A DNA stretch of 24,000 bases from Bacteroidota bacterium (GTDB lineage Bacteria; Bacteroidota; Bacteroidia; B-17B0; Aurantibacillaceae). Positions 15,529 through 24,000 of the stretch are shown one piece after another. Each line of letters begins with the position of its first letter. The first letter of the stretch is position 1. Below the pieces are notes generated by a model. That model saw only the letters and a list, made by a program, of their open reading frames with translations, did not search any database and was not told the DNA's origin. Both the position numbers and the translations under genes were made by a program. Location: positions 1,685 through 25,684 of the forward strand of contig OMJH01000034.1 of the NCBI GenBank assembly GCA_900299295.1, given 5' to 3'.

Positions 15529-18500
15529 TCAATTTCTTTTTCTTTTTCGAACCCAACCCAGGTATTTCTGATACAACTCATCTACGGTATTGAATTCCTC
15601 CCTGTAAAATAAGCCCATTCCCTGAGTAAATGGTCCGCCCAGCGTTGAAATCTGAGTATTGTCATTCGATTTATTAAATCCTTTTACACGAAGTTTACCG
15701 TCAGGGTAAACCTTATAATCTACCTGAAGATCGCCTATCATGTTGGTGGTTTTTTGTCCGGCAGCATTATTTACGCCAACGTTTCCGTCTATACTCAACC
15801 GATCATTAAACAATTGCTTGCTAAGTGCTACATCCATCTGTTCCGGAGTGATGTTAACAGAAATATCAATGTTGGTACTGAGTTGAGAAAGCCAGTTTGA
15901 CAATTGATTACTCAGCATTTCGGATGAAGTACGTGAAGCGGCAGAACCGGCTCCGACACCAACACCTTGGTTGGATAATTGTAACGGGGTTACGAAACTT
16001 TTTAACAACAACAATGAAAAAACCTGACGATTTAACTCCTGTTCATTATTGATATAACTCAGTACAGTTTGTCTTGTCGTTTCATCAACGGTGGGTAATT
16101 GAATTCCAAAAGAAATATCAGGTGTCAAAAGTTTATCTTTCAAATTCAACAAAACGCTTGCTCTAACTGGTTTCGTATATAAGCCGGTTGAATCGCTTGG
16201 AAAGAAGGGAGTCAAACTGGAGTTTTGATTGTATCCAGCAGTTATGTTAATGTCTGCATTTAACGGGTCGCCTGTCCATTTAATTGTACTTCCGCTCACA
16301 ATATCAAATTTTTTAGAAAGAAGATTTTCAAGCGAAAAGAGATAATTACCATCATCAAGCGTATAAAGTCCTGACATTTCAAATTTACCATTGGTATTAA
16401 TCACCATATTGATATTTCCTGAGCCATTTGCCTGAATAACATCACCACTTTTACTATCAAAAATAAGTTTTACGCTGGCGTCCGGCGTTGCCTCTAGATT
16501 AAAATTCAGATTAATTCCGGAAAGCGATTTTGTGTATGAGGTTTGGTCCTTTTGCAAAGAATCTTTCTTTACAAAAAACATATAATCATTTTCTTCAACG
16601 GTAGCAGGACCAGAAAGAGGAATATTAAATTCAGTATTTTTTTCCGTTTTTACGTTTATATTGAAATTTATATTGTCAACATCACCATATACACCAAGGT
16701 TACCTGAAACATAAGCCTTACCAAAGTAACCCGGATTATTAACCGCTGTGGTATTTAAAGCCTGAAAATTTTTGGCGTTAATGTCAAAATCCAATTTGGT
16801 AATTGAAAAATTATCATGAAAGATGTTTCCCCAAAGTTCAGCTTCGTGACCTTCCTTATCAGATAAAGTAATCGGCTCTGGAAGTTTGGTAAAAACAGCT
16901 TCATCGTCTCCAAACTGAATTTTATCGGGGAACAATTTTATAATTCCGTTAGCCGTATAAATTGTATTCAGATAATCAATTCTAAAATTCTTTGCAGAAA
17001 AATTTATTTTTCCGGTAACCAGCGGTTTTGAAATTTTTCCTTTTACAGAAACAACACCGTCAATTGAAGCTCCGCGTTGTTTGGCAAAGGTAATTACTCC
17101 ACTCAAGTAGGGTTGTATTACTGTAATATCAAAATTCTTGAAGTTGGCTGAAACATCCAGATTATCCTCCTGCCTTGAAGGAAAATATTCGCCAACAAAC
17201 TCAATATTTTTAAATTCTACACCATTTAAAATATTTCCCTTTGATAAAAAACCATTTATACCTACTACGTCCCTACGGGCATCGTAAAAAGATTTGATCT
17301 TTCCGCCACCCAATTCTTTATCATTTAAATGAATTTTGCTGAAATTGAAGTCGCTTGTTAATATAAGTTTACCAAAAACCCCGGACAAATCGCAAAAACC
17401 TGATACGCTACCGTCGAGTTTCATCTGTGCCGCACTTAATAAAGGATTTAATTGAACAAGTTTAAATTTGGTAATTTCAAGATGAGCTAAATCATTATCA
17501 TTATTTGAAATTTTGCCTGTTGCCTTAATTTCTTGTTCACCGTTATTTATGTTTAAGTCAGAAATTACAATTGCACCTGAAGTATCAACGATGATTGAAT
17601 TACCGTCGCCATATATACTCCATATACTGTCAGCTATGGTAATATCAGACCGTAAAAGCTTTATTAAAAAACTTTCGTTTTGAAAAAATATTTTTCCGGA
17701 AACATCCCCGCTATTCTTTTTTCGCATAGAATTGCTCCATGCCAAACTAAAATCACTTGTTGTATCTGTTGATAAGGAGGTTAAACGGAAACGATCAAAA
17801 AACAAACTGTCTGTGACCTTAATTTTATCAGCACCCGATGTCAAAATAATAGATTTATCTTTTGTAACTCCATCGAGTTTCCAATCCGTTAAAACTATAT
17901 CCCCGTATGCAATTTTATTTGACTGCGCAAGAACAGAAAATTCATTTTTACTGATATCAAAACGTCCGGAAAGAGTTGCTCCATCTGATATGTTTAATTC
18001 CGGAGCAATTAATCCATTTATTTTATTAAAGTTCTTCAACCGGACGGAAAATGTAAAATTATCCGTCAGTATTTTGTTTTTTGGAATTTTCCTATCCTTT
18101 ATAAAGGTTGGGAAATAGTTCTCCGTAAATTTTCTAAAACTGCTGGGGATGTCCGAAAGATTAAATTTACCGGTAATGTCTAAATCTAAATAATCTGAAT
18201 TCACCTCAATACTTTTTTCGAGACTATTTTGATTGAGTAAAAGATTTAATGATGAAAGAAAATATGTCTTTGAATTCAAAGAATATGAAAGGCTGTCGAC
18301 AATAATTTTTCCACTCAAACTGGCAAGATCATTACCGCGTAAATTAACCATCATTTTTGATTGAAACTTTTGGATTGAATCTTTTGGTGAACTGAAGTGT
18401 AATTTTACGAAATCCAGATTTTCCACATCCGCTTTAAAATCCATATCAGTGTATTTATCGTTTAAATTTACAGAACCGGAAAATGTAAATTTCGCATTTG

Positions 18501-20076
18501 TATCCTTTACCGTTAGTAAACCATTAAATTTTTTATTGTTAAACACACCATTCACATCCATTGCATGATAATCATATCCGTGAATAACCATTGACTGAAT
18601 TTTAAAATCAAAATGCGCGTTCAATTTTTCTATACTGGTTCCTGAACCTTCAACTTGCAGGCTCGCGTTTAATTTCCCTACCTCCTTATTGTTAAGAAAC
18701 TTCCCAATATCTAAAGAATTCATCGAAAAATAACCCGCATAACCTAATTCAGAAGTGCTATCGACAAGATTGGTTAATGAGGCATCACATTGAATGAAAC
18801 CAATTGAAGTTGTAAGCGCACCTTTGGACGCGATTTCATTCAAAAAACCATCTATTTTTCCAAGGTAAGAAATCTTCCCAAGCGGTTTTAGGGAAGAAAA
18901 CATCGACGAACGTTCGGTAATATTTGTACCAGGAATTTCAAATCTAACCAAATCATGATAAGCTGTAGAAAGACTCTTGATGTTAAGATGCAAATACATT
19001 TGATCAGGCATTGTAATGTCTGTCACGTTAAAATTCCCGGCGAAAAATGTACTGTTACCATACTTAAGTTGAATTTCTTTTCCATTGAACTCATTAACCT
19101 TGCCATTTATTTTACCTTTTAGGTAAACGTTATCGTTCTTCGTGAAATTCAATCCTGAAAAATAATGCAAGTCCATTAATCCGAAATGACTTGTATCCAT
19201 CAATTCAATTTCAACCGAAACTTTTTCCGTAAAATCAGAAAAATCATCATATCCGAATTGCTTTAATTGTAATTGACCATGCAGGTAAGAATGTTTACTT
19301 ATAAAAAAAAGTTCATGCATTGAAATTGTTGTCGGGCATACCAGTAATTTTGTTGCCATTTGATCAAGTACAAAACCGGATTTTTCACGAAATGAAAAAT
19401 CAGAGAATTGTAGCTCAATTGTATCATCCTTCATGATAATTTCATCTACAGTTCCATTCAAATCCTGTACATGCAGGTCTGAAAAATTCATCGACGATGA
19501 GCGCTTCAAATCGTTATAATCCGTATAAGTGAAGTTGATTTGCTTTAGCTTGAGCCTGCCAAAATCAATTTTAAGTTTAGATGTGGTGTCTTTCTTTGTT
19601 TCTTTAGGGGAAAAATAATCAACAATAAATTGAAAATTGAAATCCTTTTCCTTTTCATATCGTTTCAATTTAATAGTTGAATTCTCGATTCCTGAAACCT
19701 CCAGCTGAAAATTAGTTGAAGAAAATTCTATTTTTTTTGCATTTACATACAATTTACCCGCATATAACAAGGTGTCTTTTTTTAAATCACGTACGAGGAA
19801 TCCACGAAGGGAAACTGAATTAAAAAATCCAATGGAAACTGCATCAATTTCTACAGGCACTTTCAACTCCGTACTTAGATATTCTGCTGCCTTTTTTGCG
19901 AGCCAGGTTTGAACGGCTGCAGATTGTGCCAAAAAAAAGAGTGAAACAATTAAAATTAAAATTGAAATGCAAAACCATTTAAAAAAAGTAACAAAATAAT
20001 TCCGCTTTTTTTTTGATTTTAGATTCCGGTCCGACCGATCTGAATTTTCAGCTTCACTGATTTCCTGCATGTTCAT
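15529..20076 (-). CDS. tamB: Translocation/assembly module protein TamB (AsmA-like, DUF490 C-terminus)
   Basis: 1515 aa. It has a single N-terminal TM anchor (FCISILILIVSLFFLA), a very long beta-rich Asn/Ser/Gly-rich body, and a conserved C-terminal region (SSEMLSNQLSNWLSQLS...LSIDGNVG...GDLQVDYKV..DGKLRVKGFN). Being divergent from tsaD is common Bacteroidota synteny. Confidence 0.85.
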   Translation of the reverse strand: MNMQEISEAENSDRSDRNLKSKKKRNYFVTFFKWFCISILILIVSLFFLAQSAAVQTWLAKKAAEYLSTELKVPVEIDAVSIGFFNSVSLRGFLVRDLKKDTLLYAGKLYVNAKKIEFSSTNFQLEVSGIENSTIKLKRYEKEKDFNFQFIVDYFSPKETKKDTTSKLKIDFGRLKLKQINFTYTDYNDLKRSSSMNFSDLHVQDLNGTVDEIIMKDDTIELQFSDFSFREKSGFVLDQMATKLLVCPTTISMHELFFISKHSYLHGQLQLKQFGYDDFSDFTEKVSVEIELMDTSHFGLMDLHYFSGLNFTKNDNVYLKGKINGKVNEFNGKEIQLKYGNSTFFAGNFNVTDITMPDQMYLHLNIKSLSTAYHDLVRFEIPGTNITERSSMFSSLKPLGKISYLGKIDGFLNEIASKGALTTSIGFIQCDASLTNLVDSTSELGYAGYFSMNSLDIGKFLNNKEVGKLNASLQVEGSGTSIEKLNAHFDFKIQSMVIHGYDYHAMDVNGVFNNKKFNGLLTVKDTNAKFTFSGSVNLNDKYTDMDFKADVENLDFVKLHFSSPKDSIQKFQSKMMVNLRGNDLASLSGKIIVDSLSYSLNSKTYFLSSLNLLLNQNSLEKSIEVNSDYLDLDITGKFNLSDIPSSFRKFTENYFPTFIKDRKIPKNKILTDNFTFSVRLKNFNKINGLIAPELNISDGATLSGRFDISKNEFSVLAQSNKIAYGDIVLTDWKLDGVTKDKSIILTSGADKIKVTDSLFFDRFRLTSLSTDTTSDFSLAWSNSMRKKNSGDVSGKIFFQNESFLIKLLRSDITIADSIWSIYGDGNSIIVDTSGAIVISDLNINNGEQEIKATGKISNNDNDLAHLEITKFKLVQLNPLLSAAQMKLDGSVSGFCDLSGVFGKLILTSDFNFSKIHLNDKELGGGKIKSFYDARRDVVGINGFLSKGNILNGVEFKNIEFVGEYFPSRQEDNLDVSANFKNFDITVIQPYLSGVITFAKQRGASIDGVVSVKGKISKPLVTGKINFSAKNFRIDYLNTIYTANGIIKLFPDKIQFGDDEAVFTKLPEPITLSDKEGHEAELWGNIFHDNFSITKLDFDINAKNFQALNTTAVNNPGYFGKAYVSGNLGVYGDVDNINFNINVKTEKNTEFNIPLSGPATVEENDYMFFVKKDSLQKDQTSYTKSLSGINLNFNLEATPDASVKLIFDSKSGDVIQANGSGNINMVINTNGKFEMSGLYTLDDGNYLFSLENLLSKKFDIVSGSTIKWTGDPLNADINITAGYNQNSSLTPFFPSDSTGLYTKPVRASVLLNLKDKLLTPDISFGIQLPTVDETTRQTVLSYINNEQELNRQVFSLLLLKSFVTPLQLSNQGVGVGAGSAASRTSSEMLSNQLSNWLSQLSTNIDISVNITPEQMDVALSKQLFNDRLSIDGNVGVNNAAGQKTTNMIGDLQVDYKVYPDGKLRVKGFNKSNDNTQISTLGGPFTQGMGLFYREEFNTVDELYQKYLGWVRKRKRN

Positions 20077-20135
20077 TTAAAATGGTGATAGCACTGCTAC
20101 TTTAAACAATTTACGGAATGTCGTACCTTTAACTA

Positions 20136-20143
20136 CAAATATA
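20136..20143 (-). promoter_or_regulatory. Bacteroidota-type -7 promoter box (TATATTTG on minus strand) for tamB
   Basis: Exact TAnnTTTG match, 60 nt upstream of the tamB ATG (20076) and directly abutting the tsaD ATG on the other strand. Confidence 0.3.
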
Positions 20144-21178
20144 ATGAATAATAAAGCTGAAGAAGTGATTGTATTGGGTATCGAATCAAGTTGCGATGAT
20201 ACTTCCTGCGCTGTTTTTCGCAATGACAAAAGGTTATCCAACGTAGTATGCACCCAAAAAATTCACGAAAATTACGGTGGCGTTGTGCCTGAATTAGCAA
20301 GCCGAATACATCTACAAAACATTATACCCACCGTGTCAGCTGCGCTTCAAGAAGCTGATGTTAAATTAAGTGAAATTGATGTAATTGCCTACACACGTGG
20401 TCCGGGTTTAATCGGGTCACTGCTTGTAGGCTCCTCCTTTGCTAAATCACTTTCACTTGCTCTTAAAAAACCTTTAGTTGAAGTGAATCATATGCAAGCC
20501 CACATTCTTGCTCATTTCATTCAACCAAAAATCGGAATCAAAAAAGTTCCGGAGTTTCCCTTTTTGTGCCTAACGGTATCAGGTGGGCATACACAATTAG
20601 TTAAGGTAATTTCAGCATTGCAATTCGAAATATTGGGGGAAACAATTGATGATGCCGTAGGTGAAGCATTTGATAAAGGCGCAAAAATTATAGGACTATC
20701 TTATCCGGGCGGTCCGTTAATTGATAAATATGCAAAAAATGGTAATCCAAATGCTTTCCAATTTGCAAAACCAAAAACAGAAGGACTGAATTTTAGCTTT
20801 AGTGGATTGAAAACTTCGCTTTTGTATTTTGTTAAAGAAAAGCAATCCCTAAACAAAGAATTCGTAAATGAATTTAAAAACGACCTCTGCGCTTCTTATC
20901 AAAAAACTATTTTACAAATACTTTTGGAAAAACTAATTACCGCATCCATACAAACCGGAATTCACCGAATTGCAATAGCCGGTGGAGTAAGTGCAAATTC
21001 AGAATTAAGAAAGCAGTTAGTGTCCGAAGCAAATAATAGGAGTTGGGATTTATTCATACCTGAAATCGATTACTGTACTGACAACGCAGCAATGATTGCC
21101 GTTGTCGGGCATTTTCTTTACCGGAATAATCAATTTTCTGATCTGAAGGTACCTCCTTTTGCTCGAAATACGATTTAA
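20144..21178 (+). CDS. tsaD: tRNA N6-adenosine threonylcarbamoyltransferase
   Basis: Kae1/Gcp/YgjD family. Motifs are LGIESSCDDTSCAV, the metal-binding NHMQAHILA, SGGHTQL, and the C-terminal CTDNAAMIA. Confidence 0.95.
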   Translation: MNNKAEEVIVLGIESSCDDTSCAVFRNDKRLSNVVCTQKIHENYGGVVPELASRIHLQNIIPTVSAALQEADVKLSEIDVIAYTRGPGLIGSLLVGSSFAKSLSLALKKPLVEVNHMQAHILAHFIQPKIGIKKVPEFPFLCLTVSGGHTQLVKVISALQFEILGETIDDAVGEAFDKGAKIIGLSYPGGPLIDKYAKNGNPNAFQFAKPKTEGLNFSFSGLKTSLLYFVKEKQSLNKEFVNEFKNDLCASYQKTILQILLEKLITASIQTGIHRIAIAGGVSANSELRKQLVSEANNRSWDLFIPEIDYCTDNAAMIAVVGHFLYRNNQFSDLKVPPFARNTI

Positions 21179-21191
21179 AAATTTTACGTTT

Positions 21192-21575
21192 TTATCTTTC
21201 AATTAAAAAATTACCCGTATAATGAGTTTCCTCATGTACTTTCTTTTTAGGGTTTGATTTTTTTAAAAGCATTTTTTTCTTATGATTATTTTTTTGCGTT
21301 TTAACAGCCGGTTGTAAAATCACTTGCATTTTATTTTCCTTTTTATTGCCTGAAGTTCCATTTGAAATCAAAGAAATGGTTTTATTTCGGTTTTTACCAT
21401 TTTTCTTTTTCAAGCCCTCGACAATTTTTTTCTTACTTGCCTTATTTCGAATTTTAGCTGAGGGTGAACATTCTTGTTGAATAGCATGCCCTTTCTCGCT
21501 CAGCTTTAATTTTTGACTTTTTTTCATGGATAAACGTGTGCGCGAATTTCGAATTCGCTTTGAGAAATTTTTCAT
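21192..21575 (-). CDS. Lysine-rich, low-complexity basic protein of unknown function
   Basis: 127-aa ORF, heavily Lys/Asn/Ser-rich (KASKKKIVEGLKKKNGKNRNK, NHKKKMLLKKSNPKKKV), with no signal peptide. Support for coding: without it there would be a gap of about 450 bp in an otherwise tightly packed window. I recognise no family. Confidence 0.45.
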   Translation of the reverse strand: MKNFSKRIRNSRTRLSMKKSQKLKLSEKGHAIQQECSPSAKIRNKASKKKIVEGLKKKNGKNRNKTISLISNGTSGNKKENKMQVILQPAVKTQKNNHKKKMLLKKSNPKKKVHEETHYTGNFLIER

Positions 21576-21578
21576 AAT

Positions 21579-21602
21579 CTTTTACATAAGAATGTAAAAG
21601 AC
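21579..21602 (-). terminator. AT-rich 10-bp-stem hairpin: weak intrinsic terminator after the LKR/SDH-like gene, or a 5' leader structure of the Lys-rich ORF
   Basis: tcttttacat (21579-21588), loop aaga, atgtaaaaga (21593-21602): a perfect 10-bp inverted repeat. It lies 26 nt past the stop at 21628, and its 3' arm ends 3 nt before the ATG at 21575. The stem has only 2 GC pairs, and no clean U-tract follows. Confidence 0.25.
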
Positions 21603-21627
21603 ATGCCACAAAAATTAAGTAAATAGA

Positions 21628-22833
21628 TTAATACGCGTAGTCTTCAAGGTATTTAAAGGACATGTTTAGCTGCCCGTCCTTACATATCGATGCACGCTCT
21701 ATAATTCGATCAGGATCTTCTAAAAACAAAAAAGGTAATACACGTTCCATCAAATCTTTTCCAAAATCATCGCTGGCATCGCGTGGTAATTCGCAAGGAA
21801 GATTATCTACAGCCATAATCGTAATTGTTTCTTTACTGAACGCAACATCTTCAGTGCCCGTTTTCAGATTGTATCCATAAAATGGATGAGCGATAGTGCT
21901 TGCGCGCAAGGTGGTTGGTACAGAACCATCCATGTCACAAGTGATATCCGCAACAACACTAATGCGGAAATTTGGATTTTGAATATCTTCATGAGTAAAC
22001 ATTTTGGGTGCACGCGGGTCCCAATAATGTGCTGAAACATAAATATCCGTTTTCGTCGTAAATGGAGTGAATTTCGATACAAAACGTTCAGGGTGCTGAA
22101 AAAAATCATTCAAATCAAAATTATGATCATCAGGACGTTCTACATAGTCGCGAGGATTAAGCTGACAATAAACAGGTACGCGATATTCAGCCATCAAGAA
22201 CTCTTCCGGCGTTATTTTTCTTATCCGCAGCGCACTTAGCGTTTCAATTGCACCGTTTGCAACACGTCCGCCACCAGTTAATGCAATTTTAATGTTCGGT
22301 AATTTAACTCGCCGGAGTTCTTCCTCCATTTCCGCTTTGTCCCTGCATAAATTCGCTGGTTTCAAGCTGAATAAATCATATTTTTTTCCGTAGCCTAAAA
22401 TTCCATTATATGCTCCTACAATTCCTGCGAAACGTCCGAATCCAATGATACGATTATGATTTTTGTCAGTGAGTGTTTCGTAATCAATCATCTGGATTTT
22501 TTTCTCAATTAAGGCATGCATCAATTTTTGATTATGAGCCTGCTTTTTAATTGTATGAGAAAAAAAGAAATATTTTTTTTGAGGTATCAGTTTTTCTACC
22601 GGAACTTCCTTCACCCCCATTAACACATCACATTCCGACAAATCCTCACGTAAATTTAATCCGAAGGCTGAATATTCATCATCACTATAACAACGATTTT
22701 TTGAAGGCTGAATATAAATTTCTATATGAGGATATTTGGAAATTAATTCAGAACAGATTAATGGGGTTAAAGGAACACGCTTATCCGGTGGATTCTTCTC
22801 CTCACGTAATACCCCTATTTTAAGTTTTGTCAT
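21628..22833 (-). CDS. Alanine dehydrogenase/PNT-fold enzyme resembling lysine-ketoglutarate reductase / saccharopine dehydrogenase (LOR/SDH type)
   Basis: The N-terminus KIGVLREEKNPPDKRVPLTP matches the AlaDH/PNT N-domain and LKR pattern. The Gly-rich NAD loop is LTGGGRVANGA. The 401-aa length fits. Substrate specificity cannot be read from the sequence. Confidence 0.7.
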   Translation of the reverse strand: MTKLKIGVLREEKNPPDKRVPLTPLICSELISKYPHIEIYIQPSKNRCYSDDEYSAFGLNLREDLSECDVLMGVKEVPVEKLIPQKKYFFFSHTIKKQAHNQKLMHALIEKKIQMIDYETLTDKNHNRIIGFGRFAGIVGAYNGILGYGKKYDLFSLKPANLCRDKAEMEEELRRVKLPNIKIALTGGGRVANGAIETLSALRIRKITPEEFLMAEYRVPVYCQLNPRDYVERPDDHNFDLNDFFQHPERFVSKFTPFTTKTDIYVSAHYWDPRAPKMFTHEDIQNPNFRISVVADITCDMDGSVPTTLRASTIAHPFYGYNLKTGTEDVAFSKETITIMAVDNLPCELPRDASDDFGKDLMERVLPFLFLEDPDRIIERASICKDGQLNMSFKYLEDYAY

Positions 22834-22856
22834 AAACGAATATTCAAATGCAGTAT

Positions 22857-23582
22857 TTACTCGGCGATTAAATATTTTCCCTTTAATACGGGAACAACCT
22901 CAGTGTAATTCAAATTCAAACAAAAGCGAATATCTCTTTTTAGATTCAGTTGAATTAATCTTTCTTTATGAGACGAATAATTTAAAAACTTTACCGGTCT
23001 GTCTTTTCCTATTTGAAACAGGTATTTAAGTGCCAATCCTCCATCACCCAGCTTATATGAGTCGCTATTAGTAAGCAGTTCTTCAATTACTGCACCGGCG
23101 AACAACGCATCCTCAAGATTGAATTTATTTTTCCATCCGCTACAAAGCAATACAACATCTCTATTTTGCCTGATTATCCATTTACACAAGGCAGATAAAT
23201 TCAGGAAAGAACCTATTACAACACGGTGAGCATCTTTAGAAACTGCAATAGCCTGTGTGCCGTTGGTTGTTGTCAATGCAATTGTTTTTCCTTTCACATG
23301 CTCACCCATATAATCATAAGGGGAATTTCCAAAATCAAAGCCATCTACTTTTTTTGCATCACGCTCAGCTCCGGCTAAAAATCCCTGGCGCTTATACTCA
23401 GCTGCTTCTTCAACAGTTGCAACAGGAATCATTTTGTCTACACCATGATGAAAAGCCACGCAGATAGCGGATGTGGCACGAAAAATATCAATTACCACAA
23501 CTATACTTTCATCATCCCTATAAATATCATATAGGAAAGGAGAAAAGCAGGCGTCGATTTTTAGACTTCCCTTTTCGTTCAT
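22857..23582 (-). CDS. comB: 2-phosphosulfolactate phosphatase (ComB) family protein
   Basis: Family motifs are VVVIDIFRATSAI, FDFGNSP and LTTTNGTQAI. Length is 241 aa. It starts 2 nt after the gcvT stop. Confidence 0.85.
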   Translation of the reverse strand: MNEKGSLKIDACFSPFLYDIYRDDESIVVVIDIFRATSAICVAFHHGVDKMIPVATVEEAAEYKRQGFLAGAERDAKKVDGFDFGNSPYDYMGEHVKGKTIALTTTNGTQAIAVSKDAHRVVIGSFLNLSALCKWIIRQNRDVVLLCSGWKNKFNLEDALFAGAVIEELLTNSDSYKLGDGGLALKYLFQIGKDRPVKFLNYSSHKERLIQLNLKRDIRFCLNLNYTEVVPVLKGKYLIAE

Positions 23583-23584
23583 TC

Positions 23585-24000
23585 TTATTTATTGAGAAAT
23601 GGGATTTTTGCGACACGGGCTTTAATGGGTTTGTCACGTATAACAACAAAAATTTCTGAATGAAGTGCAGAGAATTCTGTTTTAACATAGCCCATTCCAA
23701 TCGCCCTATTAAGTGTTGGCGATTGTGTTCCGCTTGTTACAACGCCAATTGTATTTCCCGAAGCGTCAACAATTGGATAATCGTGTCGAGGTATTCCACG
23801 TTCAATCATTTCAAAACCGACAAGTTTTCTGGTAAGACCTTTCTCTTTTTGCTGAAGTAAATTTTCACTGTTTGTGAATTTCTTTGTGAATTTAGTTATC
23901 CATCCTAAACCGGCTTCAAGTGGAGAGGTTGAATCATTAATATCATTACCGTACAAACAAAACCCCATTTCTAAACGGAGTGTGTCTCGACAACCCAAAC
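23585..24000 (-). CDS. gcvT: Glycine cleavage system aminomethyltransferase T, C-terminal part (N-terminus beyond window end)
   Basis: Motifs are [27 protein letters not shown] and a C-terminal barrel ([20 protein letters not shown]). The 'M' at 23998 in the track is an in-frame TTG, so the ORF continues upstream out of the window. Confidence 0.9.
   Translation of the reverse strand, partial: LGCRDTLRLEMGFCLYGNDINDSTSPLEAGLGWITKFTKKFTNSENLLQQKEKGLTRKLVGFEMIERGIPRHDYPIVDASGNTIGVVTSGTQSPTLNRAIGMGYVKTEFSALHSEIFVVIRDKPIKARVAKIPFLNK

Noticed and set aside
17732-18118. 128-aa plus-strand ORF inside tamB
   Set aside because: It is antisense to a continuous 1515-codon ORF with TamB hallmarks, and it has no independent support.
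21543-21559. gcgaatt-tcg-aattcgc 7-bp inverted repeat
   Set aside because: It lies inside the Lys-rich ORF coding sequence, where it encodes RIRNSR. It is explained by two near-identical codon strings (cgaatt) and its position gives no regulatory rationale.
21662-23860. Small ORFs 21662-21880, 21864-22109, 22551-22823, 22736-23029, 23255-23467, 23471-23659 and 23660-23860
   Set aside because: These are antisense or alternate-frame ORFs within the LKR/SDH-like, comB-like and gcvT genes, each of which has clear family motifs.
1-24000. Search for mobile elements, CRISPR arrays, tRNA/rRNA genes, toxin-antitoxin pairs, restriction-modification or other defence modules, and compositional islands
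   Set aside because: There are no direct-repeat arrays and no transposase, integrase or recombinase-like ORFs. No GC-rich structured RNA-sized gap exists (the largest intergenic gap is 148 bp). There are no nuclease, methylase, ATPase or helicase defence hallmarks. The composition looks uniform by eye. The window reads as core chromosome.

Overview
AT-rich, densely packed chromosomal region (23 CDS, most gaps under 90 bp). It looks like Bacteroidota: there are no Shine-Dalgarno sequences, several TAnnTTTG -7 promoter boxes, CarboxypepD_reg and TamB proteins, and a divergent tamB/tsaD pair. From left to right: an OmpH/Skp-like fragment; an SPFH-NlpC/P60 pair; a secreted TPR protein plus an unknown His-rich polytopic membrane protein; a tandem USP; GAPDH. 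A seven-gene minus-strand operon follows (bioB, beta-barrel-like ORF, bioF, bioD, bioA, yhhQ-like transporter, rhomboid). Next come a small basic lipoprotein and an envelope gene string (TamB, CarboxypepD_reg protein, M23/LysM peptidase, CAP-domain protein). The window ends with tsaD, a lysine-rich ORF, and a gcvT-comB-like-LKR/SDH-like operon. I found no rRNA, tRNA, CRISPR array, transposase, integrase, phage gene or recognisable defence gene, and no obvious compositional island, so most of this window is ordinary core genome. The best candidate for something undescribed is the bio operon. It lacks any pimeloyl-thioester-generating gene. It does carry, at translational-coupling spacing, a signal-peptide beta-barrel-like ORF and a Vut/YhhQ-family inner-membrane transporter, plus a rhomboid. 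This may be a two-membrane uptake route for biotin or a biotin precursor, but that is a hypothesis, not a demonstrated system. Secondary unknowns are the His-motif membrane protein, a CAP protein with a possibly degenerate second module, two very basic small proteins, and a bacterial ComB homologue coupled to gcvT.
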